Of a stretch of DNA of 64,000 nt, positions 1-10,137 are shown piece after piece. Each line of letters opens with the position of its first letter. Position 1 is the stretch's first letter. Source of the DNA: an uncultured virus (IMG/VR IMGVR_UViG_2724679462_000001) (taxonomy: Duplodnaviria; Heunggongvirae; Uroviricota; Caudoviricetes). Where the stretch lies: the IMG/VR virus record IMGVR_UViG_2724679462_000001. One strand, given 5' to 3'. The notes under the pieces were generated by a model. That model saw nothing but the letters and a program-made list of their open reading frames with translations, was not told where the DNA came from and searched no databases. The position numbers and the translations under genes were made by a program.

Positions 1-77
1 GCTCTATCAGTATCGGAATCGAGCTTCACTTGGCTAGCCGCGCACAATAATTCACCCATAGATTCCCCCGACGATCC

Positions 78-136
78 AAAAAAAGAAAAGAGAGGAATGC
101 AGGCGGCCGAAGCGCGCCCACATTTCCTCTCTTTTC
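78..136 (-). terminator. Rho-independent terminator after the 158..1051 gene
   Basis: GAAAAGAGAGGAATG...CATTTCCTCTCTTTTC inverted repeat next to an A-run (U-tract on minus strand). Confidence 0.8.
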
Positions 137-157
137 AATTACTTCGCTTGATGTTGC

Positions 158-1051
158 TTACAGATTTGCGCCCAGCGTCGCAATTGCGTCCGACTTGATG
201 ACTTCAGCTGCCGCCGGGTTGATGGCCTGAACGATGCCATTGACCGTGCCGCCGACCGTGGCTATTGCAGCGCCGCCCGAAGCGGATGCGCTGAAGTTGC
301 CGTTGCCGTTGGTGTTGGTCGTTGCGGTGCCGAGCGTCGTCGTGATGGCCTTTCCGTCTGCGTCCACGCCGGTGTTCAGGTTCACGCTGCCCGAAGCGCC
401 CGAGACCGACAGGTCAGCCGTATGGCTCGACGTGATTGCCACGCCGTTGACCACATTGCTGTTGTCGTTGATGCCCGTGGTGATGGGACCGCCGACCGTC
501 GAGGCGCCGAGTGCAACTTGCAGCGAGCCCGACGAGGACGTTGCCGACACACCGCCTTGGTTGGTCGATGCGTTGATGGCATCTTGCGTCTTGACCGACA
601 GCGCGCCCGCGCCGGCCAGGTCACCCGGGACACCAGCTTGCGCTTGACCCGGGATGCCCGTGATGCCGATGTTCGCGATGTTCGCTGCACCAGCGACGCC
701 CGCTGCCGACAGGCCGTTGGAGTTCGCCGTGCCCGTGCCCGAGCCCGTCGAGTAGTTCCATGCCTGACCGGCGCCGGTCGTCTGCGTGACACCGGTGAAG
801 CCAGCGGCGGCCGCGTTCACGTTGGTCGACGTGGTTGCGTTCAGGTTTGCTGCGGCGGTCTGGGTGTTGATGGCCTTCGATTCGCTGCTGCCACCGTTCA
901 CCATGTTGACCGAGCCGCTGATGCTGTTGCCGACTTGCACGACACCGAGCGCACCCGCAGCCGGGTTCGATTGAGCGTGAGCAACAGCCGATGCGAGCAG
1001 GGCAGCAGTGAAAGCGGAGATAGCGATGAAGTTCTTTTTCATTTGTGACAT
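158..1051 (-). CDS. Secreted Gly/Ala/Ser/Asn/Thr-rich protein (adhesin- or amyloid-like composition)
   Basis: Sec signal peptide MKKNFIAISAFTAALLASAVAHA-Q (start may be 1042); AAGGA upstream; low-complexity mature part. Confidence 0.75.
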   Translation of the reverse strand: MSQMKKNFIAISAFTAALLASAVAHAQSNPAAGALGVVQVGNSISGSVNMVNGGSSESKAINTQTAAANLNATTSTNVNAAAAGFTGVTQTTGAGQAWNYSTGSGTGTANSNGLSAAGVAGAANIANIGITGIPGQAQAGVPGDLAGAGALSVKTQDAINASTNQGGVSATSSSGSLQVALGASTVGGPITTGINDNSNVVNGVAITSSHTADLSVSGASGSVNLNTGVDADGKAITTTLGTATTNTNGNGNFSASASGGAAIATVGGTVNGIVQAINPAAAEVIKSDAIATLGANL

Positions 1052-1151
1052 TTCCTTGTGTCAAGGGGTTATCGAATTAGTGACGAGTGCCCCTTGACCA
1101 CTCAGTCACTGTAGGGGAAAGAGGTGTTGCAGAGATTTCATTGGTTCAATC

Positions 1152-1184
1152 TCACGGTTGGAATATATGGTTGAGATTTTCTAG
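1152..1184 (-). promoter_or_regulatory. Putative early (virion RNAP) promoter
   Basis: Minus strand CTAGAAAATCTCAACCATATATTCCAACCGTGA; near-copy at 32620..32652; core resembles phiKZ early TATATTAC. Confidence 0.7.
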
Positions 1185-1191
1185 GATCGCA

Positions 1192-1569
1192 CTACTGATC
1201 ATTCTGAACGCGCGTAAGGATCAGATTGTCCGTGCGACAACGTCCCGTGAAGACATACGACAGGTCTCCATGCTGATAAATGCCGAACGACCTGAGCTGG
1301 TCAAAGAGATCACGACCGAACTCCAAGATGTCCCAGGCGACATTCCCCGCCTCGGAGAGCGTGCCTTGTCTAGCGTGGCGATAACGCTCGGCTTCGGCGT
1401 ACGTCATGAGACTGGACATGGCGCTGGCCTCCTGAGAGAGACACTGAACCACATCTTCGATGACATGGTTCAGGTAACCGTCGCTGTCTCCGCTCTCGCG
1501 GTCGATGCGCTTGTGCAGGGCCCGGACCGACTTGTTCAGGTCCAGGATAATCGTGTCAGGCGTGCTCAT
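1192..1569 (-). CDS. Hypothetical phage protein
   Basis: ORF from MSTPDTIIL with globular composition. Confidence 0.6.
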   Translation of the reverse strand: MSTPDTIILDLNKSVRALHKRIDRESGDSDGYLNHVIEDVVQCLSQEASAMSSLMTYAEAERYRHARQGTLSEAGNVAWDILEFGRDLFDQLRSFGIYQHGDLSYVFTGRCRTDNLILTRVQNDQ

Positions 1570-1581
1570 GTGCGTTAACGG

Positions 1582-1613
1582 AAAAAGAGCTCGCACCCGT
1601 GAGGATGCGAGCT
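1582..1613 (-). terminator. Terminator closing the last fibre module
   Basis: AGCTCGCA...TGCGAGCT stem with adjacent A-run. Confidence 0.7.
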
Positions 1614-1695
1614 TGAAGCGATGTTTACGAGGTTTGGACCGTGAAAGTCACTCCGGGTCCAGACGATGAAGCAGGGCGGTAAAAACAGACCCGCG

Positions 1696-2106
1696 TCACG
1701 AGGACCACCACGTCTCCGTATGCCCGGGGACTTGATAGGGCAGCGTAGACGCCCCGATCACTTCCATGACCACCTGCGTGGCAAGAGGCGGTCTGAATCC
1801 CGCACCGATCACTTCTATCGACACGCCGGACACTGGCATGTGTGGTGGCACGCCCCCAATGACCTCCATCGTCACCTGTGCGACAGACCAGTCCTTGAGC
1901 GCTTTGACAACCACCTGACCCATCACGGCTTGGGCGCCCAGGTTCGAAGGCGGTCTGAGGACGACTTGTCCCGTCACCCCTTTAACGCCTAAGTTCGAAG
2001 GAGCCTTAACGACGACTTGGCCGACGACGCCCTGGACGCCCAGGTTTGAGGGCGTGTCCACCATGTAGTGAACTGCTGCCGCCTGCACCGATACTGCTGT
2101 GGACAT
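1696..2106 (-). CDS. Small 17-aa tandem-repeat beta-strand protein (fibre-tip accessory)
   Basis: 3x PSNLGxxxVxGQVV then 3x VxxEVIG; GGAGG RBS. Confidence 0.75.
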   Translation of the reverse strand: MSTAVSVQAAAVHYMVDTPSNLGVQGVVGQVVVKAPSNLGVKGVTGQVVLRPPSNLGAQAVMGQVVVKALKDWSVAQVTMEVIGGVPPHMPVSGVSIEVIGAGFRPPLATQVVMEVIGASTLPYQVPGHTETWWSS

Positions 2107-2116
2107 GACGGCCTCC

Positions 2117-2530
2117 TTATGTCACTTTGGCAACCGCAACTTTCACGGCCCTCGCACCGGAAAGGGTCCAGGGTTGATTGGTGTTCGGATCCACCGACTG
2201 GAGGCGGCTCGCGAACGATGGTGTTGCAGTTAAGCCACTCACCGCGGCACCGTCACCTTCCACCGTTCCGCTGACCAGTCCCACCTGACCTTGTGCGCGT
2301 GTTGTGACCATCCCGAAATTAGGATACGGCGCACTGGGCAGCGGCATACCGGAGACGTTGCAGTACGGTCCCTTCAACATCAGGCCGCGCCCGACTGCGC
2401 CCGAGCGAGACGGAACCGTACATACGGTGTTGCCGTTGACATTCGTCTGCTGGCTTGTTGCCCGGCCCCGCCTTGTCAGGTCCGAAGTCTCAATGACCGA
2501 CTCATACCCTTCCATGTACTGTAAGGTCAT
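2117..2530 (-). CDS. Internally deleted paralog of the 2540..4786 tip protein
   Basis: aa 1-78 align to the N-terminus and aa 79-137 to the C-terminus of the upstream protein. Confidence 0.75.
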   Translation of the reverse strand: MTLQYMEGYESVIETSDLTRRGRATSQQTNVNGNTVCTVPSRSGAVGRGLMLKGPYCNVSGMPLPSAPYPNFGMVTTRAQGQVGLVSGTVEGDGAAVSGLTATPSFASRLQSVDPNTNQPWTLSGARAVKVAVAKVT

Positions 2531-2539
2531 AGTTCGTCG

Positions 2540-4786
2540 TCAGTTTGCTTTTGTGACAGCGATGTGTGCTGAAGTGACTCCGCTCTTCGTCCACGCTGTG
2601 TTTGTGTTCGGGTCGTTTTCCAGCAATACCGACGCGAATGTAGGGGCGCCCGTCGCTAACGCGGTGACCGTGCTCGAGTCGGCCTCCTTTCCGTTGTTGA
2701 CGACCCCAACCTTGCCTTGCGCGCTGACGATGCCGTTCTTGGTAAAGTAGGCCTCAGCTTGCACTGCGCAGACACTGTAATTGGCTGGAATTGAAACGCT
2801 CGCGTTATAGACGTCCTGGGCGCCTGTGACCAGCGAGGAGACGTAACCCTCGGAGTTCGAAAGAGGACCACCGGAAAGGGCAGCGTTACTCGTCGATGCT
2901 GTGCTAGGAGTCATAGCGACTTGCGCGTCACCCGTAATCACCCAGGGAAGGACGTTGATCGGGCCTAGCTGACCAGCGTTGTTGCCGCCAGCCATCGACG
3001 TCAAATAGAGGTCGTCGATCATCACCCAATTACCAGTTCGAGGAAGGTTGATGAATAGCATCGACGCGCCTGTGTCCGTGCTTGGCGCGAGGAGGAGGGT
3101 GCCAATAGTTCCGAGAATCACACCGTCGAGGGCCCACTGAACGGTGAACGTGTTCGGAGTAGCGGTCGCTGTTGCGATGAGTTCGTAGAAGTGAGTGAGC
3201 GAACTCGCCGGAGCATTCGCGCTACCTCCAGTGGGCAAAGCAATCGACGTGGTGCCCGAGTTCGTCAACGCTGCATTGCCGGCGATGGTGTAAGCCGTGA
3301 TCGTTCTGCTGTTGCTAGAGATGGCGCCGGCCACAAATCCTGCACCGACGCAGTTCCCGGAGGCCGTGCCCCACGGCGTGTACACCCCGGCCGCGCTTTG
3401 CGACCCGGAGAAGAGTGCCAACATCGAAGCACTCGCGCCCGTCGCTTCAGCGTGGTCTGGATAGTAGACCGGTGTCCACGCAATGCCATCTGTCGACGTT
3501 GCCACGACATTGTTGCTGGTGGCGCCCGTGATCACGAAGCGTTGTCCGTCCCAGGTCACGTTTGAGAAGCCGTTTCCGTTCGACGCGCTCGGCGTAGACA
3601 GGATGAATCGGTTCTGCTTGGTCCAGCTCAGGCCATCGGCGGATGTATAGATGGCCCCGAGTGCCGGCGACACCGGGTCTTGGCCGACCGCAACGAGCAT
3701 GCTTCCGTTTGCCGCGATACTCCAAACCGTCGTGGTGCTCCAGCTCACGCCGCTACCCACAACCCATGCGTTGCTGGTCGAGCTGCCGTTGATGTAGATA
3801 CCGCCGTACCCGACCCCGACCCAGTTGTTCTTGAACCGGACCATGTCGTTGATAAATGCCGGATAGCTGGGCAATGCGGTCCAATTTGCCGCTACCGTGG
3901 GATCGGCGCTTACTGGACAATAGAAGGCGTATGAGGTGGTTCCGGAAATCGGCAGGGTAGTCGCGCCTCCCGAGATCGTCGCCGTGGCAATGAAATAGCC
4001 GTTGCTAATCTTGCACCAGGCGCTGCCGTATCCGGAGCCGGTCATGTTAACGCCGGAGACCATCGTCGGCGCCGCCGAGAGCGAGCTGTAATAGAAAATG
4101 CGGAAACCTGGAGCGCTCGAATAGCCGACAGCCAAATACGGCGCGGCGCTAATCCCGGTGGGAATTACAGTTTTCTGTGAGGTCCCGGTGACGCTCATCG
4201 CTGTCCACGTGACACCCATGTTCGTCGAGTAGTAGGCGGATGAACTCGTCGAGCCACTCTTATTCGAGACAATGATCGTGGCGCTCGAACCACTACCCGC
4301 AACAGCGATGGTGCTATTGATGCTCTGACCGGATGGCGTCGCCCCCGTGACTGTCCAACTCATCAAATCGGTAGAGTAAGCAACGCCGATTGTCCCGCTG
4401 GCCAAGATGCAGATCGCCCAGTAATACTGCGCGCCGTCGTAGGCAATTTGCATCGTGTCGCCTGGAGCAATCTGCAAAACGCTAGCCTTGTTAAAGGTTG
4501 CATATGTGCCGAACGAGAAGCCACCCAGTTGCCAAAGGCCGTACACGCTCTGCTTCGTGTTGATCATCCCGAAGTCGGCGACGGTTGTGCCGGAGTTGGG
4601 CAACCCAGCTGCGCTGGAGTACGGCCCCCGCAACATCAATCCTCGGCCGGATAAGCTCGTGCGCGACGGCAATCCCAACACGCCCGCGCCCGCCAAATTC
4701 GTCGCAGATGCACGCATCCAACCGCGTCGAGTGATGTCCGTGTCATCGACGACAGACTCGAAACCTTCTGTGAAAAGCAACGTCAT
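2540..4786 (-). CDS. Putative receptor-binding/tip protein: jelly-roll frame with Asp-box (BNR-like) propeller insertion
   Basis: Start MTLLFTEGFES (ATG 4786, AGGA upstream); repeats YSTDLMSWT, YTSADGLSWT, TSTDGIAWT; late WVMIDDLYL motif. Confidence 0.7.
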   Translation of the reverse strand: MTLLFTEGFESVVDDTDITRRGWMRASATNLAGAGVLGLPSRTSLSGRGLMLRGPYSSAAGLPNSGTTVADFGMINTKQSVYGLWQLGGFSFGTYATFNKASVLQIAPGDTMQIAYDGAQYYWAICILASGTIGVAYSTDLMSWTVTGATPSGQSINSTIAVAGSGSSATIIVSNKSGSTSSSAYYSTNMGVTWTAMSVTGTSQKTVIPTGISAAPYLAVGYSSAPGFRIFYYSSLSAAPTMVSGVNMTGSGYGSAWCKISNGYFIATATISGGATTLPISGTTSYAFYCPVSADPTVAANWTALPSYPAFINDMVRFKNNWVGVGYGGIYINGSSTSNAWVVGSGVSWSTTTVWSIAANGSMLVAVGQDPVSPALGAIYTSADGLSWTKQNRFILSTPSASNGNGFSNVTWDGQRFVITGATSNNVVATSTDGIAWTPVYYPDHAEATGASASMLALFSGSQSAAGVYTPWGTASGNCVGAGFVAGAISSNSRTITAYTIAGNAALTNSGTTSIALPTGGSANAPASSLTHFYELIATATATPNTFTVQWALDGVILGTIGTLLLAPSTDTGASMLFINLPRTGNWVMIDDLYLTSMAGGNNAGQLGPINVLPWVITGDAQVAMTPSTASTSNAALSGGPLSNSEGYVSSLVTGAQDVYNASVSIPANYSVCAVQAEAYFTKNGIVSAQGKVGVVNNGKEADSSTVTALATGAPTFASVLLENDPNTNTAWTKSGVTSAHIAVTKAN

Positions 4787-4794
4787 GATCTTTC

Positions 4795-5910
4795 CTAGTT
4801 GTGCGAGTTCTGACCGAACTCGGCAGCATTGACCGAGGCTGCCGTCCAAGCAGCGCTTCCGTCGCTCTCGGATATTCCGATGAATTCGTTCGGCCCTGAC
4901 ATCGTGACGCCCATATTCGTCTGCACGCCACCCACCGCCTGCACGGCTGTCAGCTGTGTGTACTTGTCGCTCGCTCCTCGATAAATCACTGCCTTTATGT
5001 CCGTCGCGGAAGTCGTCCACTTGTACCGGTCGGTCTGGTTCGCTGCGGTGGAGACGACAGAGTTCGCGCCAGTCGGATCCGTGGCTGACTGCCAGTTCGG
5101 CTCGTTTCCTGAAGCTGAGAATTGGGTGACCGAGCCATTTCCAACGGCGGTCGCAAACGAGATCTGTCGCGGCGTGAACTGAGCGATGAGCTCCGGGGTC
5201 AACGTCGCCGGAGCCGGCCAGTTGGTATCTGCGCTCGACACCGCGTGAACGATCAGGTCATCAAACTGCCATGGAGCCGTGACCGCGGAATAGAACTTCA
5301 GTCGGTTTGCAATCTGCCCCGCGCTGAAAATATCGGTACTGAACGTAACGGCAACGTCTTTGAAGATCGGACTGCCCGCAAGACACAGCGTTGCCATCAG
5401 CGCGCCGGTTGGTGCATACGAGAAATACACCCCTACCCAGACATACGTTCCCGCCTGCACCGCCAAGTAATGGGGGGCGTTGGTAAGGCCCGTCGTGGTC
5501 GAGGGAAGAACCAGATTGAGTCCGGTCGTTGCCGAATAGCTCAATCCGAGCAGGGGCAGGGCAGGGCCCGCCGCCGTGCTGCTACCAAGTGCCACGAGTA
5601 CATCCGTGCCGCTGGCCACCGGTGTCCCGATCTCGATCCATCCGCAGAACCCAAACGCCCCCGACCCGCCGGCCGCGGCCAAGCTGCGAAGCACCTGCAT
5701 CGTGGAGGCGAACTGATACTCCATGCCCGACTGGTTCTGCGCCGAGGCAGCGAACGCCAGCGCGTTACCATTGAACGCACCTGCGTTCTGCGTAATTTGG
5801 CCTTGATAGGCGGTGTTGGTCTGGTACCAAGGAAAGGCGTTTCCGATGGCTCCTGCCGGATAGACGTCCAGCCCTTCCGCACCGGCAATAAATTCGGCCG
5901 CTACACTCAT
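4795..5910 (-). CDS. Putative lectin-like (ConA/LamG-type) tip protein
   Basis: FIAGAEG start and WQFDDLIV motif shared with 2540 and 17002 proteins; C-terminus AAWTAASV like 17002 protein. Confidence 0.6.
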   Translation of the reverse strand: MSVAAEFIAGAEGLDVYPAGAIGNAFPWYQTNTAYQGQITQNAGAFNGNALAFAASAQNQSGMEYQFASTMQVLRSLAAAGGSGAFGFCGWIEIGTPVASGTDVLVALGSSTAAGPALPLLGLSYSATTGLNLVLPSTTTGLTNAPHYLAVQAGTYVWVGVYFSYAPTGALMATLCLAGSPIFKDVAVTFSTDIFSAGQIANRLKFYSAVTAPWQFDDLIVHAVSSADTNWPAPATLTPELIAQFTPRQISFATAVGNGSVTQFSASGNEPNWQSATDPTGANSVVSTAANQTDRYKWTTSATDIKAVIYRGASDKYTQLTAVQAVGGVQTNMGVTMSGPNEFIGISESDGSAAWTAASVNAAEFGQNSHN

Positions 5911-5928
5911 GATTTCCCCTTCCTTCGA

Positions 5929-8900
5929 TTAGCTGTAGCTTCCGCGCAGCGCCACCGACATCTGCGAAAGATTGGTGGTGTTGAACTGGAACGAAAGCTG
6001 ATCGCCCGCGTTGAACACGGTGCTGGTATTGACAGAACTGAACGCCCCGCTACCTTGCTGACCGTTCCCGGTCGAAGTAAACGTGATGGTCCCGACCTGG
6101 ATGCCGCTCGGGTGAGCGCTGGTGTATGCCATCACATTGACGACTGCGGTCGTGCCGGAATAGAACACGCAGTTCGCCACGGAGGGACTCCAATTGCTTC
6201 CGAACGTGCAGGTCTCGGTGAACGGATACCGGACCTCCTGGAAAAGATTGGGATTACCGTTTAGACAACAGACGATCCGTGCGTTAACGAGTGCCGATGC
6301 CGCGGCTGCTTGCGAAGCGGCGGCGCTCGCCGCAGCGGCACTCGCCTGCGTCTGCGCGTCGGCATCCGAAGCAGCCGCACTCGTCGCCGAGGCGGAAGCC
6401 TGAGCTGCACTGGACGAAGCCTGGGTCGCGTGCGTCGCCGCGGCAGTTGCGCTGCCGGAGGCGTTGCTCTCGGAGGTGGCGGCCGCGCTCGCGCTCACCG
6501 AAGCCGCACTGGCGGAAGCGGCAGCATTACTGGCCTGAGTACTAGCGCTGCTAACTCCGCTCGTCACCTGACTCACTGCGACTGCAGCGTTGGCGGCCGA
6601 TTGTGCCGCTGCTGCTGCACTTGTTGCCGATTGAGTCGCTGCCGCCGATGCATTGCTGGCCGACGAAGCAGCCTGCTGCGAATAATAGTTAGCCGATCCC
6701 GAGGGACCCGCTACCAGATCCGCCGCGGTGGCCGCTGACGCTGCTGCTGCACTGGCGCTGCTGTCTGCGTCGGTCGCGCTGATCGAAGCATCCTGGGCGC
6801 TCGTCGCTGACTGCGCAGCGTAATATGCCGCCGAGTAATACTGCGAATTGTCGACCACACCGTCCTGCTGGGATGCCCATTGAGCCGCGAGGTCCGCCGA
6901 AGCGGCAGCTGCATCTGCCTTACCTTGAGCATCGGTCCGGGCGCTCGTTGCCGCGGTCGCCGAAACGGCGGCGGACTGTGCGCTATTGCTCGCGTCGTTT
7001 GCAGAAGCAGAAGCCGCTGCCGCGGAACCGGCCGCGTTGGTCGCGGACGTGGACGCGCCAGCAGCCGCGGAGGAGGCCATATCCGCCGACGCTCCAGCGT
7101 TCGCTTCGCTGGTCGCGGCGCTGCTCGCGCTGGTCGCCGCCGCGCTTGCAGAGCTTGCCGCTTGCGACGCGGCGAGCGCCACGTTCGCGGACGTCGTGGA
7201 ATCCGATGCACTCGGTGCGTTCCATTGAGTTCCGTCCCACGTCATGATGACCGGTGGAGACTGACTCGTGTCCTCATACTGCGCACCGACATTTAGCTGA
7301 TTGCCGTTGTTGTCGACTGCCGGCGGCGTATTGTGGGCACCCAACCACGTGGCGTTGAACGCAGCCAGCGCTGCCTGGAGTTGCGAAAACGTCGTCGCGG
7401 CGTTACCCGCGGAGGTCGCGGCATTACTTGCGCTCGTGGCGGCGTTTGATGCATAGGTCGACGCACCGGTTGCCGAGTCTGCGGCACTGTTTGCAGAGCC
7501 AGCGGCCTGGAGGGCATAGACATAGGCGGACCAGTAGACCGTCCCTCCCACCGTTCCCGATGTTTGAGAAGCCCATGCTCTTGCTAGTGCGGCTGAGTCT
7601 GCGGAGTTCGAGTTGCTCGCCGCTGCGCTCGCGGCATATCCCGACGCTTGGCTGGCGTAGTACTTCGCTGAATAGTCCACGCCACCAACCGTGCCCGAGC
7701 CCTGCGTTGCCCAAGCCTGCGCAGTGGCGGCTGATGCGGCTGCGCTGCTGGCTTGCGCTGTTGCGTCGGCGTCTGATGACGCGGCGCTGGTCGCTGCTGT
7801 TGACGCAGTAGCCGCTGACGCCGCGGCCTGTAAAGCCGAGTAGTAAGACGAGTAGTTCTGGCCGTCGACGGTACCGCTCGACTGCGTGGCCCATGCCTGT
7901 GACAACGTGGCATATTGAGAGGCACTGCCGTTCGTGGTCGTCGCATCTTGGAGTAGACCGGCTGCCTGCTGGGAGAACTGTTGTGCCGAGCTCGCGCTTG
8001 CCGCCGCATCAGTTGCCGACGCTTCGGACGCACTTGCACTATTGCTTGAATCGGTCGCGTACGTACCTGCCTGAGACGCCGCGGTCGCGGCCGTCGCAGC
8101 GGACCCAGCCGCGCTCGTCTGAGCGTTGCCGGCCTGAGTCGCGGCACTGGCCGCCGCGCTTGCGCTATTGGCTGCAGCGGTGTTGCTATTTGCCGCTTGC
8201 GTTGCAAACGACGCTGCCGCCGACGCCGAACCAGCAGCCGCAGTCGCTGAACTCCCGGCGCTGGTTGCCGAATTCGACGATCCTGTTGCCGCCGTCGACG
8301 CTGCAATCGCGGAGCTGCTTGCTGCCTGCGCGTACACCATCGCAGACGCATACCCCGAACTGGCGACATTGCCCGACGTTGAGATAGCCCAGTCCTGAGC
8401 GAGTTGTGCGCTTGCCGTTGCATCATTGGAACGCTGCGTAGCCGTTGTCGCGCTCGCTGCGGCTTGCGCGGCCGATGCAGATGAGGCGCTCGCCTTGATG
8501 TCTGCGTCACTTGCCGATGCGACAGCCGCAAGCTGAGCAGACGTCGCGTTGTTCGCCGCGGTTGCAGCCTGCTGTGACGATGTTGCCGCCGCCTGCGCCG
8601 AGCTCGCTGCTGACGTTGCAGCCAGCTGGGCGTTGGCGCTCGCCTGTTCGCCAGCCTCATCCCAATCCTGCCAGACACCTCCGAGATAGATCCGAATGTT
8701 TGGCGGGATAGTAGCGGTGTTCATGTACATCGCGCCATCGACCAAGGCATTGTCGTTGGCATCGACATCCGGATCCTCGGCGAACTCGCCCAGCCAGACC
8801 GCGCCGAAGCTTAGTATCAGGGCCTGCAGCTTCGCTTGCGTGGCCTGGACCTGCGTGAGCGTGTCGCTCAGATTTCCGCCGACAGCCGCGGCGCTTGCGG

Positions 8901-9279
8901 CTGCCGCTTCAGCAGACGCTGCCGCTGCTTGCGCAGATGAGGCTGCTGCGCTCGCTTGCGATTTGGCATCCGCATCCGCTGTCTGTACGACGCTCAGAAA
9001 GCTTTGTGCTGCGTCCAATTGCGACGAAATGCTGTTCGCCGTGTCCAGTACCGATGCGGCCGTTGCTGCGGCGGCGCTTGCGCTACTCGCAGCGTCAGTG
9101 GCTGATGTGGCCGCCGCGGCGGCGCTGGCCGTCGCAGCAGCTTCAGACGAGGAGGCACTCGCTGCATCTGCATCGGCTTCTGCGACGTCCTGCTCGATCT
9201 CGTCGAATGCGGCGCCCATTCCCTCAATGACATCAACGAGAGTTCCTAACTGCGTATTAAGATCGTCTACGACGCTCAT
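5929..9279 (-). CDS. Long Ala/Ser-rich fibre stalk protein with C-terminal beta domain
   Basis: 1116 aa; AQAWAxQxxGxVxG..YSAxYYA repeats; two WLG..P..D.N...L..GA.Y domains; C-terminal FNAGDQLSF. Confidence 0.8.
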   Translation of the reverse strand: MSVVDDLNTQLGTLVDVIEGMGAAFDEIEQDVAEADADAASASSSEAAATASAAAAATSATDAASSASAAAATAASVLDTANSISSQLDAAQSFLSVVQTADADAKSQASAAASSAQAAAASAEAAAASAAAVGGNLSDTLTQVQATQAKLQALILSFGAVWLGEFAEDPDVDANDNALVDGAMYMNTATIPPNIRIYLGGVWQDWDEAGEQASANAQLAATSAASSAQAAATSSQQAATAANNATSAQLAAVASASDADIKASASSASAAQAAASATTATQRSNDATASAQLAQDWAISTSGNVASSGYASAMVYAQAASSSAIAASTAATGSSNSATSAGSSATAAAGSASAAASFATQAANSNTAAANSASAAASAATQAGNAQTSAAGSAATAATAASQAGTYATDSSNSASASEASATDAAASASSAQQFSQQAAGLLQDATTTNGSASQYATLSQAWATQSSGTVDGQNYSSYYSALQAAASAATASTAATSAASSDADATAQASSAAASAATAQAWATQGSGTVGGVDYSAKYYASQASGYAASAAASNSNSADSAALARAWASQTSGTVGGTVYWSAYVYALQAAGSANSAADSATGASTYASNAATSASNAATSAGNAATTFSQLQAALAAFNATWLGAHNTPPAVDNNGNQLNVGAQYEDTSQSPPVIMTWDGTQWNAPSASDSTTSANVALAASQAASSASAAATSASSAATSEANAGASADMASSAAAGASTSATNAAGSAAAASASANDASNSAQSAAVSATAATSARTDAQGKADAAAASADLAAQWASQQDGVVDNSQYYSAAYYAAQSATSAQDASISATDADSSASAAAASAATAADLVAGPSGSANYYSQQAASSASNASAAATQSATSAAAAAQSAANAAVAVSQVTSGVSSASTQASNAAASASAASVSASAAATSESNASGSATAAATHATQASSSAAQASASATSAAASDADAQTQASAAAASAAASQAAAASALVNARIVCCLNGNPNLFQEVRYPFTETCTFGSNWSPSVANCVFYSGTTAVVNVMAYTSAHPSGIQVGTITFTSTGNGQQGSGAFSSVNTSTVFNAGDQLSFQFNTTNLSQMSVALRGSYS

Positions 9280-9379
9280 GGCCGATTCCTATAAAGAGAC
9301 CCTTCATAGGATTCCGACGACCCCCTGGTACAAAGGCGGGCATATACCCCCACCCGAAGGCAGGGGATCCTGGTTCCGT

Positions 9380-10135
9380 TCAGACCAAATCCGCAATCGT
9401 GACCGCACCCACGGCGTGACTGTTACTCACCACGTTCGAACCAATCCGTTGCTGGACTAGATTGACGATCTGACCGTTGTAGACTCGGAACGTGTAATCG
9501 AGAATCGCATCGAGACACCCCTGATCACTGGCAGGCGATGAAGCCGAGGGATTCGAGACCGAGTTCATGAACGTCCCGCAAGACGTCTCCAGCACAGGTG
9601 CCTGATTCGCCAGTCCTATCGCGAGATACGCCCCGCGATAAGGCATCGTGGAGGCGATGATCGACGGGATGCCGCCGAACAAGTTCGAGACCGCGCTCGT
9701 CAGCGCGTTCGCATTCGTCGAGGGTTCGTCGTAGGAGCAGATGACATACGGCGTTCCAGCAGGTATTGAACCCAATGCCGAAATCAAGTACTGAGTTGCG
9801 CTGTTGGCATTGGCGTAGTTAGTCGAATCGCCGAAGACATCGTAGACGTTGGAGGTCAAGATGTTGCCGTATTGGTCGAACGTGACCAGCACATAGGACC
9901 GATTTCCTGCGAACCCCGTTGTGCCGTTCGCCCACAATCCGCGGTTCGATGCGCTCACCACGCTTTGCTCGAGGCCCAGCGAGTACACCTCAAACACATT
10001 GCCGCCATGAAACTGGGTCCACGTGCCGTTCTGTTTAACGAAAGCCCTCTTGACTCGAGTCCACGTCCCCGCGGATTTCCCGTAGATGTTCCGGACCGTA
10101 TCCCAGGTGCCGTTTTGGTTGCTGGACGCGCTCAT
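9380..10135 (-). CDS. Fibre-tip protein with ILEI/PANDER (FAM3-like) domain
   Basis: N-terminal VKQNGTW-type repeats; YDVFG...LISALGSIPAGTPYVICSYDE...YRGAYLAIG fits the ILEI pattern. Confidence 0.65.
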   Translation of the reverse strand: MSASSNQNGTWDTVRNIYGKSAGTWTRVKRAFVKQNGTWTQFHGGNVFEVYSLGLEQSVVSASNRGLWANGTTGFAGNRSYVLVTFDQYGNILTSNVYDVFGDSTNYANANSATQYLISALGSIPAGTPYVICSYDEPSTNANALTSAVSNLFGGIPSIIASTMPYRGAYLAIGLANQAPVLETSCGTFMNSVSNPSASSPASDQGCLDAILDYTFRVYNGQIVNLVQQRIGSNVVSNSHAVGAVTIADLV

Positions 10136-10137
10136 GA

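Noticed and set aside
1895..2055. 51-bp periodic repeats resembling a CRISPR array
   Set aside because: Degenerate in-frame coding repeats without unique spacers or cas genes
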